A DNA stretch of 64,000 nt from a bacterium (GTDB lineage Bacteria > Myxococcota_A > Bradymonadia > UBA7976 > UBA1532), in NCBI GenBank assembly GCA_030427205.1, contig JAUHXC010000013.1:70413-134412 (forward strand). Direction: 5' to 3'. The notes under the pieces are model-generated. The model searched no databases. It saw only the letters and a list, made by a program, of their open reading frames with translations, and was not told the origin of the DNA. Positions 36,120 through 45,799 of the stretch are shown here, piece by piece; within the stretch, counting starts at the first letter, position 1; each line of letters begins with the position of its first letter. A program made the position numbers and the translations under genes.

Positions 36120-36917
36120 ATGAAGCCCCATGACTCCGCCGGGCCGCCCGAGGCCGACGTCACCCCGCCCCGCATCGCCCTGGTCACCGGCGCGTCGCGC
36201 GGCATCGGCGCAGCCATCGCCCGGCGCCTCGCCGCGACGGGCCTGCGGGTCGTCTGCGCCGCGCGCGCGGTCGACAGCGTGCGCGCGCTCGCCGACGAGA
36301 TCGGCGGGCTGCCCATCGCGCTCGACGTGACCGACGGCGACGCGATCGCGTCGGTCGGCGCGCGGATCGCCGCCGACTGGGGGCCGGTCGACGTCTTGAT
36401 CAACAACGCCGGCGTCAGCAGCAGCGCGCCGCTCGACAAGCACAGCGACGCCGACTGGGATCACATGCTGGCGGTCAACCTCACCGGGCCCTTCCGGCTG
36501 TGCCGAGCGCTCGTGCCCGGTATGGCCGCGCGGGGCTGGGGGCGGGTGGTCTTCGTGGCCAGCAACGCCGGGCTGACCGGCTATCCGTATACGACCGGCT
36601 ATTGCGCGTCGAAGCACGGGGTCGTCGGCCTGATGCGGGCGATGGCCGCCGAGCTGGCCCGCAGCGGCGTGACGGTCAACGCGGTCTGCCCCGGCTTCGT
36701 CGAGACCGACATGGCCCGCGACGCCATGGCCCGGATCACCGCGACCACCGGCCGCAGCCCGGAAGACGCGCGGGCGGCGCTGGCGCGGCTCAACCCCCAG
36801 AAGCGGCTGATCCAGCCCGACGAGGTCGCCGCGCTGGTGACCGCGCTCGTGGCCGACGACGCGTTGGGCATCAACGGCCAGGCGCTGGCCCTCGACGGCG
36901 GACAGGTGATGCATTGA
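36120..36917 (+). CDS. short-chain dehydrogenase/reductase (SDR)
   Basis: TGASRGIG cofactor motif, NNAG, and the YxxxK catalytic pair (YCASK). Confidence 0.85.
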   Translation: MKPHDSAGPPEADVTPPRIALVTGASRGIGAAIARRLAATGLRVVCAARAVDSVRALADEIGGLPIALDVTDGDAIASVGARIAADWGPVDVLINNAGVSSSAPLDKHSDADWDHMLAVNLTGPFRLCRALVPGMAARGWGRVVFVASNAGLTGYPYTTGYCASKHGVVGLMRAMAAELARSGVTVNAVCPGFVETDMARDAMARITATTGRSPEDARAALARLNPQKRLIQPDEVAALVTALVADDALGINGQALALDGGQVMH

Positions 36918-37375
36918 GCGATTCGACGGGCGATGGCCGCATCGCGGCCGACCGCATCGTTCAGCCGGCGGGCTGGGCGCGGCCGCGGGGTTACAGCAAC
37001 GGCATCATGGCCGAGGGGCGGGTGCTGGCCATCGGCGGGCAGGTGGGGTGGAACGCCCAGCAAGTCTTCGAGCGGCATGACTTCGTCGGGCAGTTCGAGC
37101 AGACCCTGGCCAACATCCGGGCGATCCTCGACGCGGCGGGCGCCGCGCCGGCGGATCTGGTCTCGATGACCTGCTACGTCACCGATCTCGACGCCTATCG
37201 CGCCAGCCTGAAGGCGCTGGGGCCGATCTGGCGCCGCCACCTGGGCAGGGCCTTCCCCGCCATGGCGCTGGTGGGCGTCAGCGGCCTCGTCGAATACGAA
37301 GCCCTCGTCGAGATCCAGGCCATGGCGGTGTTGCCCGGCGCCGCGCCACGCGAGCCCACAGGAGACATGACATGA
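36914..37375 (+). CDS. RidA/YjgF (reactive intermediate deaminase) family protein
   Basis: The TTG start overlaps the SDR stop (TTGA). The ...PAGWARPRGYSNGIMAEGRVLAIGGQVG... pattern matches RidA, and the C-terminus has ...ALVEIQAMA. Confidence 0.75.
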   Translation: MSDSTGDGRIAADRIVQPAGWARPRGYSNGIMAEGRVLAIGGQVGWNAQQVFERHDFVGQFEQTLANIRAILDAAGAAPADLVSMTCYVTDLDAYRASLKALGPIWRRHLGRAFPAMALVGVSGLVEYEALVEIQAMAVLPGAAPREPTGDMT

Positions 37376-38190
37376 CGCCGACGCATTTTCGCTTCGAGGT
37401 GCGTGAACGGGTGGGCATCATCACCCTCGACCGCCCCGATCGGCTCAACGCGCTGACCTTCGCCAGCTACGAAGAGCTGCGCGACTTCTTCGTGCACCTC
37501 GACCGCCGCGACGACGTGCGGGCGATCGTCTTGCAAGGCAGCGGGCGGGCGTTCTGTTCGGGCGGCGACGTCGAAGACATCATCGGCGAGCTCTTCAGCC
37601 GCGACATGAAGGGCCTCCTGGCCTTCACCCGGGTGACCGGCGCGTTGATCCAGAACATCCGCCGGGTCAGCAAGCCGGTGGTCGCCGCGGTGCACGGGGT
37701 CGCGGTGGGCGCCGGCGCGGTCATGGCGCTGGCCTGCGACGTGCGCATCGCCGGCCCCAAGGCGCGCTTCGGCTTCATCTTCCCGCAGGTCGGGCTGTGC
37801 GGCGCCGACATGGGCGCGGCGTACCTCTTGCCGCGCATCGTCGGCGCGGGGCACGCCTCCGAGCTGCTGTTCACCGGCGAGATCATCCGCGCCGACCGCG
37901 CGGCGAGCATCGGGCTGGCCAATCGGGTGGTCGACGATCCGCAGGCCGAAGCGCTGGTGCTGGCGACCAAGCTGGCCCGCGGGCCGGCGTTCGCCCACGC
38001 GATGACCAAGAAGATGATCGAAGACGAGGCGACGCTGTCGCTCGAGGCCGCCATCGAGGCCGAGGCGCAGGCGCAGGCGATCTGCATGGCGCACCCCGAC
38101 TTTCGCGAGGCCTACGACGCCTGGGTCGAGAAGCGCCCGCCGCGGTTCGAGGGCTTCGGGGGCGACGACGGCGAAGGGCAGGGCACATGA
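37372..38190 (+). CDS. enoyl-CoA hydratase/isomerase (crotonase fold)
   Basis: Oxyanion-hole motifs (AFCSGGD, the GVAVGAG/GG region) and a 4-nt overlap with both neighbours. Confidence 0.85.
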   Translation: MTPTHFRFEVRERVGIITLDRPDRLNALTFASYEELRDFFVHLDRRDDVRAIVLQGSGRAFCSGGDVEDIIGELFSRDMKGLLAFTRVTGALIQNIRRVSKPVVAAVHGVAVGAGAVMALACDVRIAGPKARFGFIFPQVGLCGADMGAAYLLPRIVGAGHASELLFTGEIIRADRAASIGLANRVVDDPQAEALVLATKLARGPAFAHAMTKKMIEDEATLSLEAAIEAEAQAQAICMAHPDFREAYDAWVEKRPPRFEGFGGDDGEGQGT

Positions 38191-39362
38191 AGCGGCCCGG
38201 CAGCTCGGCGGACGACCTGGGCGTATTCTTCAACGACTGGCACGGCGCCGTCGCCGACAAGGCGGCGACCTTGGCCGCCGAATGGGTCGTCGATCTGGAA
38301 GCCGACGATCGTGAGCGCACCCGCGAGGCGGCGCGTCGGCTGGCCGCCGCGGGGCTCCTGGCCTACTGCGTGCCCGAGCGCTTCGGCGGCGCGGCGGTCG
38401 GGCGGCCCGACGGGGTCGATACCCGCGCGCTGACGCTGGTCCGCGAGGCGCTGGGCTGGGCCGACGGGCTGCTCGACACCGCGTTCGCCATGCAGGGGCT
38501 GGGCAGCTACCCGATCACGCTCGCCGGATCCGACGCGCAGAAAGCGCGCTACCTGCCGGGGGTCATGGCCGGCGAGCGGCTGGGCGCCTTCTGCCTGACC
38601 GAGCCCGAAGCCGGCAGCGACGTGGCCTCGATGCGCTGCCGGGCCCGCCGCGCGGGCGATCGCTACATCATCGACGGCGAGAAGGCCTGGATCAGCAACG
38701 CGGGGGTCGCCGGGCAGTATGTGCTCTTCGCCACCGTCGACCCCGAGGCCGGGCGGCGGGGCATCACCGCGTTCGTCGTCGAGCCCGACGACCCCGGCCT
38801 GAGCGTCGAGCCGATGCAGGTCATCGCGCCGCATCCCATCGGCCGGCTGAGGTTCGACGGGTGCGCCATCCCGGCCGAGCGGCGCCTCGGGGCCGAGGGC
38901 GATGGTTTCAAGCTGGCGATGCGCACCCTCGATGTCTTCCGCACGACCGTCGGCGGGGCGGCGCTGGGCATGGCCCGACGCGCGCTGGACGAAGGGCTCG
39001 ATCGCGCGCTGCGGCGCCGTCAGTTCGGCAAGCCGATCATCGAGCAGCAGCAGATCGCGGCCTACCTCGCCGACAGCGCGACCGAGCTCGACGCTGCGCG
39101 GCTGCTCGTCTTCCGCGCGGCCCATCTGCGAGACACGGTCGAGCGGCGGGTCAGCACCGAGGTGGCCATGGGCAAGCTCTTCGCGACCGAGGCGGCCCAG
39201 CGCGTGATCGACCGCGGCGTGCAGATCCACGGCGGGCTGGGCGTGACCCGCGGATCGGCCGTCGAGCGGCTGTACCGCGAGATCAGGGCCCTGCGGATCT
39301 ACGAGGGCACCAGCGAGATCCAGAAGGTGGTGATCGCCGCCGGTTTGAAGGCGCGTCGTTAG
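38187..39362 (+). CDS. acyl-CoA dehydrogenase
   Basis: ACAD motifs ([10 protein letters not shown], a catalytic Glu near the C-terminus ...YEGTSEIQ) and an ATGA overlap with the hydratase. Confidence 0.9.
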   Translation: MKRPGSSADDLGVFFNDWHGAVADKAATLAAEWVVDLEADDRERTREAARRLAAAGLLAYCVPERFGGAAVGRPDGVDTRALTLVREALGWADGLLDTAFAMQGLGSYPITLAGSDAQKARYLPGVMAGERLGAFCLTEPEAGSDVASMRCRARRAGDRYIIDGEKAWISNAGVAGQYVLFATVDPEAGRRGITAFVVEPDDPGLSVEPMQVIAPHPIGRLRFDGCAIPAERRLGAEGDGFKLAMRTLDVFRTTVGGAALGMARRALDEGLDRALRRRQFGKPIIEQQQIAAYLADSATELDAARLLVFRAAHLRDTVERRVSTEVAMGKLFATEAAQRVIDRGVQIHGGLGVTRGSAVERLYREIRALRIYEGTSEIQKVVIAAGLKARR

Positions 39363-39554
39363 GGACCGGAAGGAAACGAGTCGATCCACCGAGGGCGTGA
39401 GATCGCGCGCCAGGGCCGAGCGCCCCTGCAGGTCGCGACGAAGTCGTACCAGGGCGTACGTCGAGGAAGCGGCCGAAGCGGCAAGCCGGCCCTGGCGTGT
39501 GAGGTCGCGTCCGAATGGACGACTTGTTTCCTGACGGTGCCTTAGCCGACCCCG

Positions 39555-42500
39555 TCAGCTCGGCGGGCGGCCGTGGGTCCGGCGCAGCCGCTCGAGCGCG
39601 TCGCGGGCGTGCCGGGCATCGCGGCCGAGGCCGTCGAGCTGGGCGATCACGAGCTTCCAGGCCCGCGCCGCCCGGCGGGCTTTGCCGGCCGACGTCGCGA
39701 TGCGCGCCGCCCGCTCGGCCATGCGCGGCACATCCGGTTCGAGCAGATCGCTCTGATACAGCGGAGCCAGCCGGCCGAAGACCTCGTCCCACGCCGTCCA
39801 GTCGCCGTCGGTCGCCAGACACGGCAGCAGGCACGCGCGGAAGATGAGCCCCAGCTCCAGGCGGTGGCTGGCGTCGCAGCGGCGGATGACCTGCTCGAAG
39901 CGCTGGCGGGCCTCGGCGCTGCGGGCGGTCTCGAAGAGCACGAGGGCCAGGTTGCCGTCAGCCGCCAGGGCGTCCACCGAGCCCAGCCCGCCATAGAGTC
40001 GGCTGCTCTCGCGGTAGTGGGTCTCGGCGCCGTCGAGATCGCCGCCATAGCGCGCGATGTCGCCGAGCAGGTTCGCCGCGTGCGCCTGGCCCCAGCGGCT
40101 GCCGGCGCGGGCATACGCCGCCCGAGCGCCGGTGGCGTGCTGCCGGGCCATCTCTCGGTCGCCGCTTCGACGGGCCAGATCGGCCAGCGCCGCGAGCACG
40201 TTGGCCCGCATCAACTCGTCGTCGGCGCCCTGGTGTTCGAGGGCGATGCGATACGCCGCCTCGGCGCCGACGGGATCACCCGACGCCAGGCGCATGCCGC
40301 CCTCGAGCAGGCGGGCGTTGGCCTCGAGCGTCGGCTCGCCGGCCGCGGTGGCCCGATGCGCCGCCGCGATGACCAGCGGCAGCCCGTGGGCGATGCCCTT
40401 GGTGGTGCTCATGGCCCGGCCGCGCTCGAGCAGGGCGGTCGACAGGATCCGGTCGTCGCCCAGGCGCTCGGCGTCGACCGTGGCGTGGCGCGCGTGGCGG
40501 GCGGCGTCGGCGGTCGCGCCGCGCACCCAGCACAGCCGGGCCCAGCGCACCCGGGTCACCAGCCACTCGCGGTGCCGTCGCGGCCAGCGCAGCTTGCGCA
40601 ACGCCCGACAGCGGGCGACCAACGCCCGGTGCGCGCCGGCGACCTGCTTGCGGCTCAGCGCGGTATCGGCGGCGTCGAGCAGCGGGGCGAGGCTCTCCGA
40701 CCAGGCCCGGGCGTGCATCAGGTGCCGCGCGCGGCGGGCCGGCGGGCACTGTCGCCGAGCGAGCATCGCCGCGCACGTCCGATGCCCGTCGACGAATCGG
40801 CCGGCGCGACGGGCGTCTTCGAGCAGCGTCTCGCGCAGGGTGGGGTGCCCGAACGACCAGCGGTGCGCGCCATGGCCCGCGAGCAGCCCGGCGTCGAGCA
40901 GGCTGTCGATGACCGCCGCGTCGGTCGGGATGACCCCGGCCTCGGCGCAGACCGCGTGCCACTCGTGGGTATCGACCGTCTGCCCCAGCATGGCCGCGAG
41001 CTCGAGGGCCGGCGTCGGCTCGGGGCCGACGATGTCGGCCAGCCGCTCGCGCCAGATGGAGCGCACCCCGTCGGGCAGAGCGTCGTCGGCGCCCGGACGC
41101 AGCCGAAAACCCGTCGGCCCGTCCTCGAAGGCGCCCTGCGCCAGCCACCGCTCGAGCAGCGCCTCGGCGAAGCGCGGGTTGCCGCCGGCGCGCTCGACGA
41201 CCGTTGCGAGCAGCGCGTCGTCGAGGGGCAGGCGCTCGCCGATCTGGGCGACCATCGCCGCGTCGGAGAGCGGCTGCAGGACCAGCCGCTGTACGCCCGG
41301 CTGGCCGGTGATCCGGTCGAGCAGCTCGCGGACCGTGCCGTCTTCGGTGAGGCCCGCCTCGCGCACGGTGCAGACGAAGAGGATGGGCAGCTCGCGCCGC
41401 GCGGTGAGCACATGGTCGACGAAGCCCAGGGTATCGGTCGACCAGTGTACGTCTTCGAGCAGCAGGATCAGCGGGCGCCGCCGCGCCAGTACCGCGAGGC
41501 CGTCGGCGAGAACCGAGTTGCGCTCGGCCGCCGACGCGATGCGGATGTCGCCGTCCTCCCAGGCGTCTCCCGGCGCGACCAGGGCCGCGATGGCGTCGAC
41601 CAGCCCCGGCTCGACCCGCGAGCCGAAGACCCATTGCACCTGCCGCCGACGCTTGCGGGCGTCGAGCCCGTCGCAGCGCCAGGCGTGACTCAGCATCGGC
41701 CCGAGCCCGCCGTCGGGCCCGGCGGTCGCGTCGTGCTGGGCGACGAAGACATCGGCGACCCCCAGCTCGTGGGCCCGATGCGCCAGCCAGCGCGCCAGCC
41801 GGCTCTTGCCGAGCCCCGACGGCCCGTCGATGACCACCGCCCGGGCCCCATCACCCCGCGCCGACTGCCGCAGCGCCTGCCAGGCGACGTCCTGCTCGGT
41901 CTCGCGCCCGTGCAGCGAGGTGGGCCGCAGACCGAAGAGGCTGCGCCCCACGCCCAACAAAGGCGGCGGCCGGGCCGGCGGCGTCGGTCGGCGCCACGCC
42001 AGCGGGACCGGCGGCCGTCCGAGCAGATCGGGGCCCGCCGCCCAGCTCTCCGCCGAGGTCGACAGGAAGACCGGCGGTGCGACGATCGTGCGGTCGGCCT
42101 CGCTGGGATCGATATACGGCAGGCTGCCGGTGCGCGGTGGCGTCGGCGGCACCGGCGCTTCGTCGGGCAGAGCCATCAGCGCGACCGCCGCGTCGGCGGC
42201 GAACCGGAACCGCTCCGCCGGTCGCTTGGCCAGCAGCCGGTGCAGCCAGCGCTGGAACCCGCGGGGCACCGGCAGGTCGGCGGCGAGCGCGGGCGGCGGG
42301 GCGAGCAGCTGCGATCGGGCCACCTGACTCGCGTCTTTGCCGTCGAACGGCGGCGCGCCCGTGATCAGGGTGTGCGCCAGGCAGCCCAGCGCGTACAGAT
42401 CGGACCACGGGCCGAGCGCCTTGAGATCGCCGGTGACCTGCTCGGGCGACATGTAGTTCGGCGTGCCGGCGAAGGCTTCTTCCCGCGCGTCCGCCGCGCG

Positions 42501-43070
42501 CTCCGCGGTGAAGGCGACCCCGAAGTCGGTCAAGACCGCGCCGCGCTCGGTGAGCAGGATGTTGTCGGGCTTGAGATCGCGATGGATGACGCCCCGGGCG
42601 TGGGCGTGCCCCAGCGCGTCGAGCAGCCCCAGCAGGATCGGCCGCAGCGCATGCCAGGGCAGGCGCGCCGCGCGCCGGGTCAACGGGCCGCCGTCGAGCC
42701 ACTCCATGACCATGAACGGGGCATCCGCCGGCAGCCGGCCGGCCGAGGCGGCGGCCGTCGCCGGGTCGATGCGACCGTGGTCGAAGATGCGCACGACCCC
42801 CGGATGATCGAGGCAGGCGACCGCCCGCAGCTCATGGGCGAACCACGTCCGAAAGGTTTGTTGCCGGCCGACCGGCGCGGTGACCACCTTGACCGCCGCC
42901 GTCGCGCCCTGGCTGACGTGGTGCGCGCGCCAGACCTCGGCCATCGCCCCCCGTCCGGCGGGCGCGTCCAGCTCGAATGGTCCCAGGCGGATCGATGGGG
43001 CGGGCTGCATCGGCGGGAGCATACCAGGGTCGGCAGCCGGTTGGGTGTCGCTGACGACCTTGGGTGTCAT
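39555..43070 (-). CDS. Ser/Thr protein kinase-AAA+(STAND)-TPR protein, paralogue of the 20158-23619 gene
   Basis: Same architecture as the 20158-23619 gene. The paralogy is obvious (AAVKVVTAP vs VAVKIVTAP; FMVMEWLDGGPL vs YLVMEWLDGGPL; HAHARGVIHRDLK vs HAHARGVVHRDLK). Confidence 0.85.
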   Translation of the reverse strand: MTPKVVSDTQPAADPGMLPPMQPAPSIRLGPFELDAPAGRGAMAEVWRAHHVSQGATAAVKVVTAPVGRQQTFRTWFAHELRAVACLDHPGVVRIFDHGRIDPATAAASAGRLPADAPFMVMEWLDGGPLTRRAARLPWHALRPILLGLLDALGHAHARGVIHRDLKPDNILLTERGAVLTDFGVAFTAERAADAREEAFAGTPNYMSPEQVTGDLKALGPWSDLYALGCLAHTLITGAPPFDGKDASQVARSQLLAPPPALAADLPVPRGFQRWLHRLLAKRPAERFRFAADAAVALMALPDEAPVPPTPPRTGSLPYIDPSEADRTIVAPPVFLSTSAESWAAGPDLLGRPPVPLAWRRPTPPARPPPLLGVGRSLFGLRPTSLHGRETEQDVAWQALRQSARGDGARAVVIDGPSGLGKSRLARWLAHRAHELGVADVFVAQHDATAGPDGGLGPMLSHAWRCDGLDARKRRRQVQWVFGSRVEPGLVDAIAALVAPGDAWEDGDIRIASAAERNSVLADGLAVLARRRPLILLLEDVHWSTDTLGFVDHVLTARRELPILFVCTVREAGLTEDGTVRELLDRITGQPGVQRLVLQPLSDAAMVAQIGERLPLDDALLATVVERAGGNPRFAEALLERWLAQGAFEDGPTGFRLRPGADDALPDGVRSIWRERLADIVGPEPTPALELAAMLGQTVDTHEWHAVCAEAGVIPTDAAVIDSLLDAGLLAGHGAHRWSFGHPTLRETLLEDARRAGRFVDGHRTCAAMLARRQCPPARRARHLMHARAWSESLAPLLDAADTALSRKQVAGAHRALVARCRALRKLRWPRRHREWLVTRVRWARLCWVRGATADAARHARHATVDAERLGDDRILSTALLERGRAMSTTKGIAHGLPLVIAAAHRATAAGEPTLEANARLLEGGMRLASGDPVGAEAAYRIALEHQGADDELMRANVLAALADLARRSGDREMARQHATGARAAYARAGSRWGQAHAANLLGDIARYGGDLDGAETHYRESSRLYGGLGSVDALAADGNLALVLFETARSAEARQRFEQVIRRCDASHRLELGLIFRACLLPCLATDGDWTAWDEVFGRLAPLYQSDLLEPDVPRMAERAARIATSAGKARRAARAWKLVIAQLDGLGRDARHARDALERLRRTHGRPPS

Positions 43071-43126
43071 GTCTTATGGGGAACGACGTGCCCGACGGCG
43101 GATTTCGAGTCGTCGCGCACGCTTCG

Positions 43127-43166
43127 AAATAAAAAAGCACCGCCTGCCGGGGGGGATGGCAGACGG
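43127..43166 (-). terminator. rho-independent terminator-like hairpin on the minus strand (CCGTCTGCC-loop-GGCAGGCGG followed by TGCTTTTTTATTT)
   Basis: Seen directly in the sequence. The T-tract is striking in a 70% GC background. It sits ~60 nt upstream of the kinase start and ~350 nt downstream of the methyltransferase stop. Confidence 0.5.
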
Positions 43167-43518
43167 TGCAAGGCTTTCGTCCGTCGAGACCAACGGTCCG
43201 CTGGAAGAAAGAAGGAAAGCACAGCGTGCGCGTTGTGGTCCCGAGGACGAGGGACCCGCACGCTGCGCTTCCGCGCCGGTAGAACCGACGCGGTGGAGAA
43301 CCGGCCGCCGAAACGGCCGATGGGGGGTTCTCTGCTTGCGGATTCAGCCAAGCCTTCAGGCTTCGTCCGCTTGCCGTTGGTGTCATGACTAGGGGAGCAG
43401 TGAGTCGATCTGTCCGGCGGTTTGCAGATTTTTTCTCGATTTCATCGATCCGACCCGCGCAGGGCCGTGTCAGCAGCCCTGCCCGCAGCCCCGCCCGCAG
43501 CCCCGTCAGCCATGCCTG

Positions 43519-44559
43519 TCAGGACGCCGGGACGCCGGCTTCGCAGGCGTCGAGCACGAGCAGATCGACGGGCAGTCCGCCATTGCGCAGGCGGTGGCGC
43601 GCCGCGACCGGTCGCCCCAGCGCCGCGGCGTGACGGGGGGTCGCGCAGAAGACCGCCGCCCGCCACCCCGAGAACGGGCCGGCCAGCAGCGCGGCGAGTC
43701 GGCCGTAGGCGCCGGGTCCGCGGATCCGGCGGCCGTAGGGTGGGTTGCAGACGAGCAGCCCGCTGCTTGCGGGCGGGACCACATCGGCGGCGTCGCCCAC
43801 CGACCAGTCGAGGTCGACCGGCGGTCGAACGCCCGCTCGCTCGGCGTTGCGCATCGCCGCGTCGATCACGGGCCGGTGGCGGTCGTTGCCCCGCAGCACC
43901 GTCGCGATCGCCGGCCGGTCGGGCAGGGGAGTGGGTGCGCACCACGCGGCGCAGGCGAAGTCGCGGTCGATGCCCGGCCAGCGCCCCGCGGCCCGGGTCG
44001 CCGCCTCGATGGGCAGCGTGCCCGAGCCGCACATCGGGTCGACCAGCGCGGTGCCCGGGCGCCATCCCGCCAGCCGCAGAATGCCGGCGGCCAGCGTCTC
44101 TCGCAGCGGCGCCCGCCCGGTCTCCAGCCGCCAGCCGCGGCGGTGGGCCAGCTCGCCGGTGGTATCGACGCTCAGGGTGCAGCGGTCGCGGTGGAGCCGG
44201 GCGAAGAGCGTGCCCGGGCCCGCCGGCACCACCCGCGCCAGCCGCTCGGACACCGCGCCGCTGTGGTACAGCCGCGACTTGCGGCAGGTCACGTTGGGGG
44301 TGAGGCCGCCATAGGGCGACCAGTCGATCGCCGCGGCGCCCTTCATCAGCTGGGTGAAGTCGTGGGCCGGGAAGCGCGCCACCCGCTGCAGGATGCGGTT
44401 GGGCACCGCCAGCATGCGATTGGCCCGCAGCGGATCGCCGCGCAGGTTCACCCCGCCCGGCACCGCCTGCACGTCGGCGAAGCCCGCCTCACGGGCCTCT
44501 TCGGCCGCGGCGTCTTCGAGTCCGGGCCCCGTCGCCGCGAAGAGTCGGGCGCGCTGCAT
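43519..44559 (-). CDS. THUMP-domain RNA (guanine/adenine-N) methyltransferase, RlmL/UPF0020-like
   Basis: The N-terminus MQRARLFAATGPGLEDAAAEEAREAGF is THUMP-like. SAM motifs are present: a D/NPPY-type 'LLVCNPPYGRRI' and a VDPMCGSGT G-loop. Confidence 0.8.
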   Translation of the reverse strand: MQRARLFAATGPGLEDAAAEEAREAGFADVQAVPGGVNLRGDPLRANRMLAVPNRILQRVARFPAHDFTQLMKGAAAIDWSPYGGLTPNVTCRKSRLYHSGAVSERLARVVPAGPGTLFARLHRDRCTLSVDTTGELAHRRGWRLETGRAPLRETLAAGILRLAGWRPGTALVDPMCGSGTLPIEAATRAAGRWPGIDRDFACAAWCAPTPLPDRPAIATVLRGNDRHRPVIDAAMRNAERAGVRPPVDLDWSVGDAADVVPPASSGLLVCNPPYGRRIRGPGAYGRLAALLAGPFSGWRAAVFCATPRHAAALGRPVAARHRLRNGGLPVDLLVLDACEAGVPAS

Positions 44560-44560
44560 A

Positions 44561-45187
44561 TCAGCGGGGTTGGTCGACGACGAAGCGCACCTCGACCGGC
44601 AGATCACCGCCGCCGAGCACGAGCGCGTCGCCGTCCCGCCGGGCGCGATAGCTCAGCGGTGTGCCGCCGTCGGGGGTCAGGATCAGCCGCCCGTCCAGCG
44701 CGCTCCAGGTGCCCTCGGCGTCGGGGATGGGCGGGGCGCCGGGTCCGGTGGGCTGAGCGAGCGCGTAGCGGCCGTCGCCGCGCAGGCGCAGCACGAGCGC
44801 GCCGCCCGGCGCCGTGTGACGCCAGCCGCCGACCCAGGCCAGCGGTCGGGCGGGCGCCGGGTCGCGCACCGGCTCGATGTCGGGCAGGGGCGTCAGCCTG
44901 ATCGGCCCGAAGGCGCTGCCTTCGAGCAGCGCGCCATCGGCGTCGTGGCGCATGGTCAGCCTCAGCTCGCGGCCGCCGGGCGCCTTGAGGATCAGCGCCT
45001 CGCCCTCGGTCCGCCAGCGCAGGGCGGCGCCGCCGAAGATGGCCCGGCCGCCGTCGAGCAGCGCCAGATCGATCCGCCCGTGGGGCACCTCGCCGGCGTA
45101 GCGTCCGGGGGCCGGCGGCGCGCTCAGCAGCAGGGCGGTCAGCACGGGCAGGGTGAGAGGCATCGGGCCGTTCGACTCCATCGGCAC
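44561..45187 (-). CDS. secreted hypothetical protein, co-operonic with the methyltransferase
   Basis: Signal peptide MPLTLPVLTALLLSAPPAPG. Its stop overlaps the methyltransferase start. Confidence 0.5.
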   Translation of the reverse strand: MPMESNGPMPLTLPVLTALLLSAPPAPGRYAGEVPHGRIDLALLDGGRAIFGGAALRWRTEGEALILKAPGGRELRLTMRHDADGALLEGSAFGPIRLTPLPDIEPVRDPAPARPLAWVGGWRHTAPGGALVLRLRGDGRYALAQPTGPGAPPIPDAEGTWSALDGRLILTPDGGTPLSYRARRDGDALVLGGGDLPVEVRFVVDQPR

Positions 45188-45243
45188 GCGCCCGGCGCGA
45201 GGGCATCGTCGCCGGGATCACTCTGCTGTATCATGGCGCCGTC

Positions 45244-45672
45244 GTGCAACGAACCCCCGCCCCGCGCCCGCCGCGCTCCATCCGCCGAATCGTCCGGCTG
45301 CTCGCCCTCGGCGCCGCGCTGTCGACTGGCTGTGAAGACGCCTACGAGGCCGCCCGGGCGCCGCGCATCGACGAGGTCCGCCCCGAGCCGGCGCCGCCCG
45401 GGGCGCGCATCACCCTGGTGGGCAGCGGCTTCGGGCTGCGCGGAGAGCGCGACCGGGTCTGGCTCGGCGAGAGCGAGCTGGCCGTGGAATCGTGGACCGA
45501 CACCGCGGTGTTGGTGCGTCTGCCCGTCCGCGAACCGGGGCTGTCGACCCTGGTGCTGCGGGCCGGCGCTCGGGTCAGCGCCCCGTATCCCTTCGAGGTC
45601 GTCGCCCCGGCGGCGGCCGATCGGGACGCGGTCAGCGGCCCGGCAGACGTCGGATCCGACGGCGCGCGCTGA
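45244..45672 (+). CDS. lipoprotein with IPT/TIG-like domain
   Basis: GTG start. Lipobox LSTGC. The segment ITLVGSGFG is typical of IPT/TIG. Confidence 0.55.
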   Translation: MQRTPAPRPPRSIRRIVRLLALGAALSTGCEDAYEAARAPRIDEVRPEPAPPGARITLVGSGFGLRGERDRVWLGESELAVESWTDTAVLVRLPVREPGLSTLVLRAGARVSAPYPFEVVAPAAADRDAVSGPADVGSDGAR

Positions 45673-45799
45673 AGGTGCGTCGGCCTGCGCTTTTGGGTCG
45701 CAGGTTGGCCCGGGATGGTGTAGGAGATATCATACCTTGACGTACCTCAAACCGGGTGTTATCGCCAAGCCGAGGACCCCGTGCGACAGGACCTGATCC

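Noticed and set aside
43195-43235. Possible SRP (4.5S) RNA helix-8-like sequence GGTCCGCTGGAAGAAAGAAGGAAAGCAC
   Set aside because: It does not reproduce the GGAA tetraloop/AGCA loop geometry or the flanking conserved pairing of bacterial SRP RNA. It is kept only as part of the generic sRNA candidate.
43156-43392. 78-aa plus-strand ORF in the low-GC island
   Set aside because: Uses codons rare for this genome (AGG, AGA, CTT, GGT, GCA). Low-complexity product. More likely non-coding.
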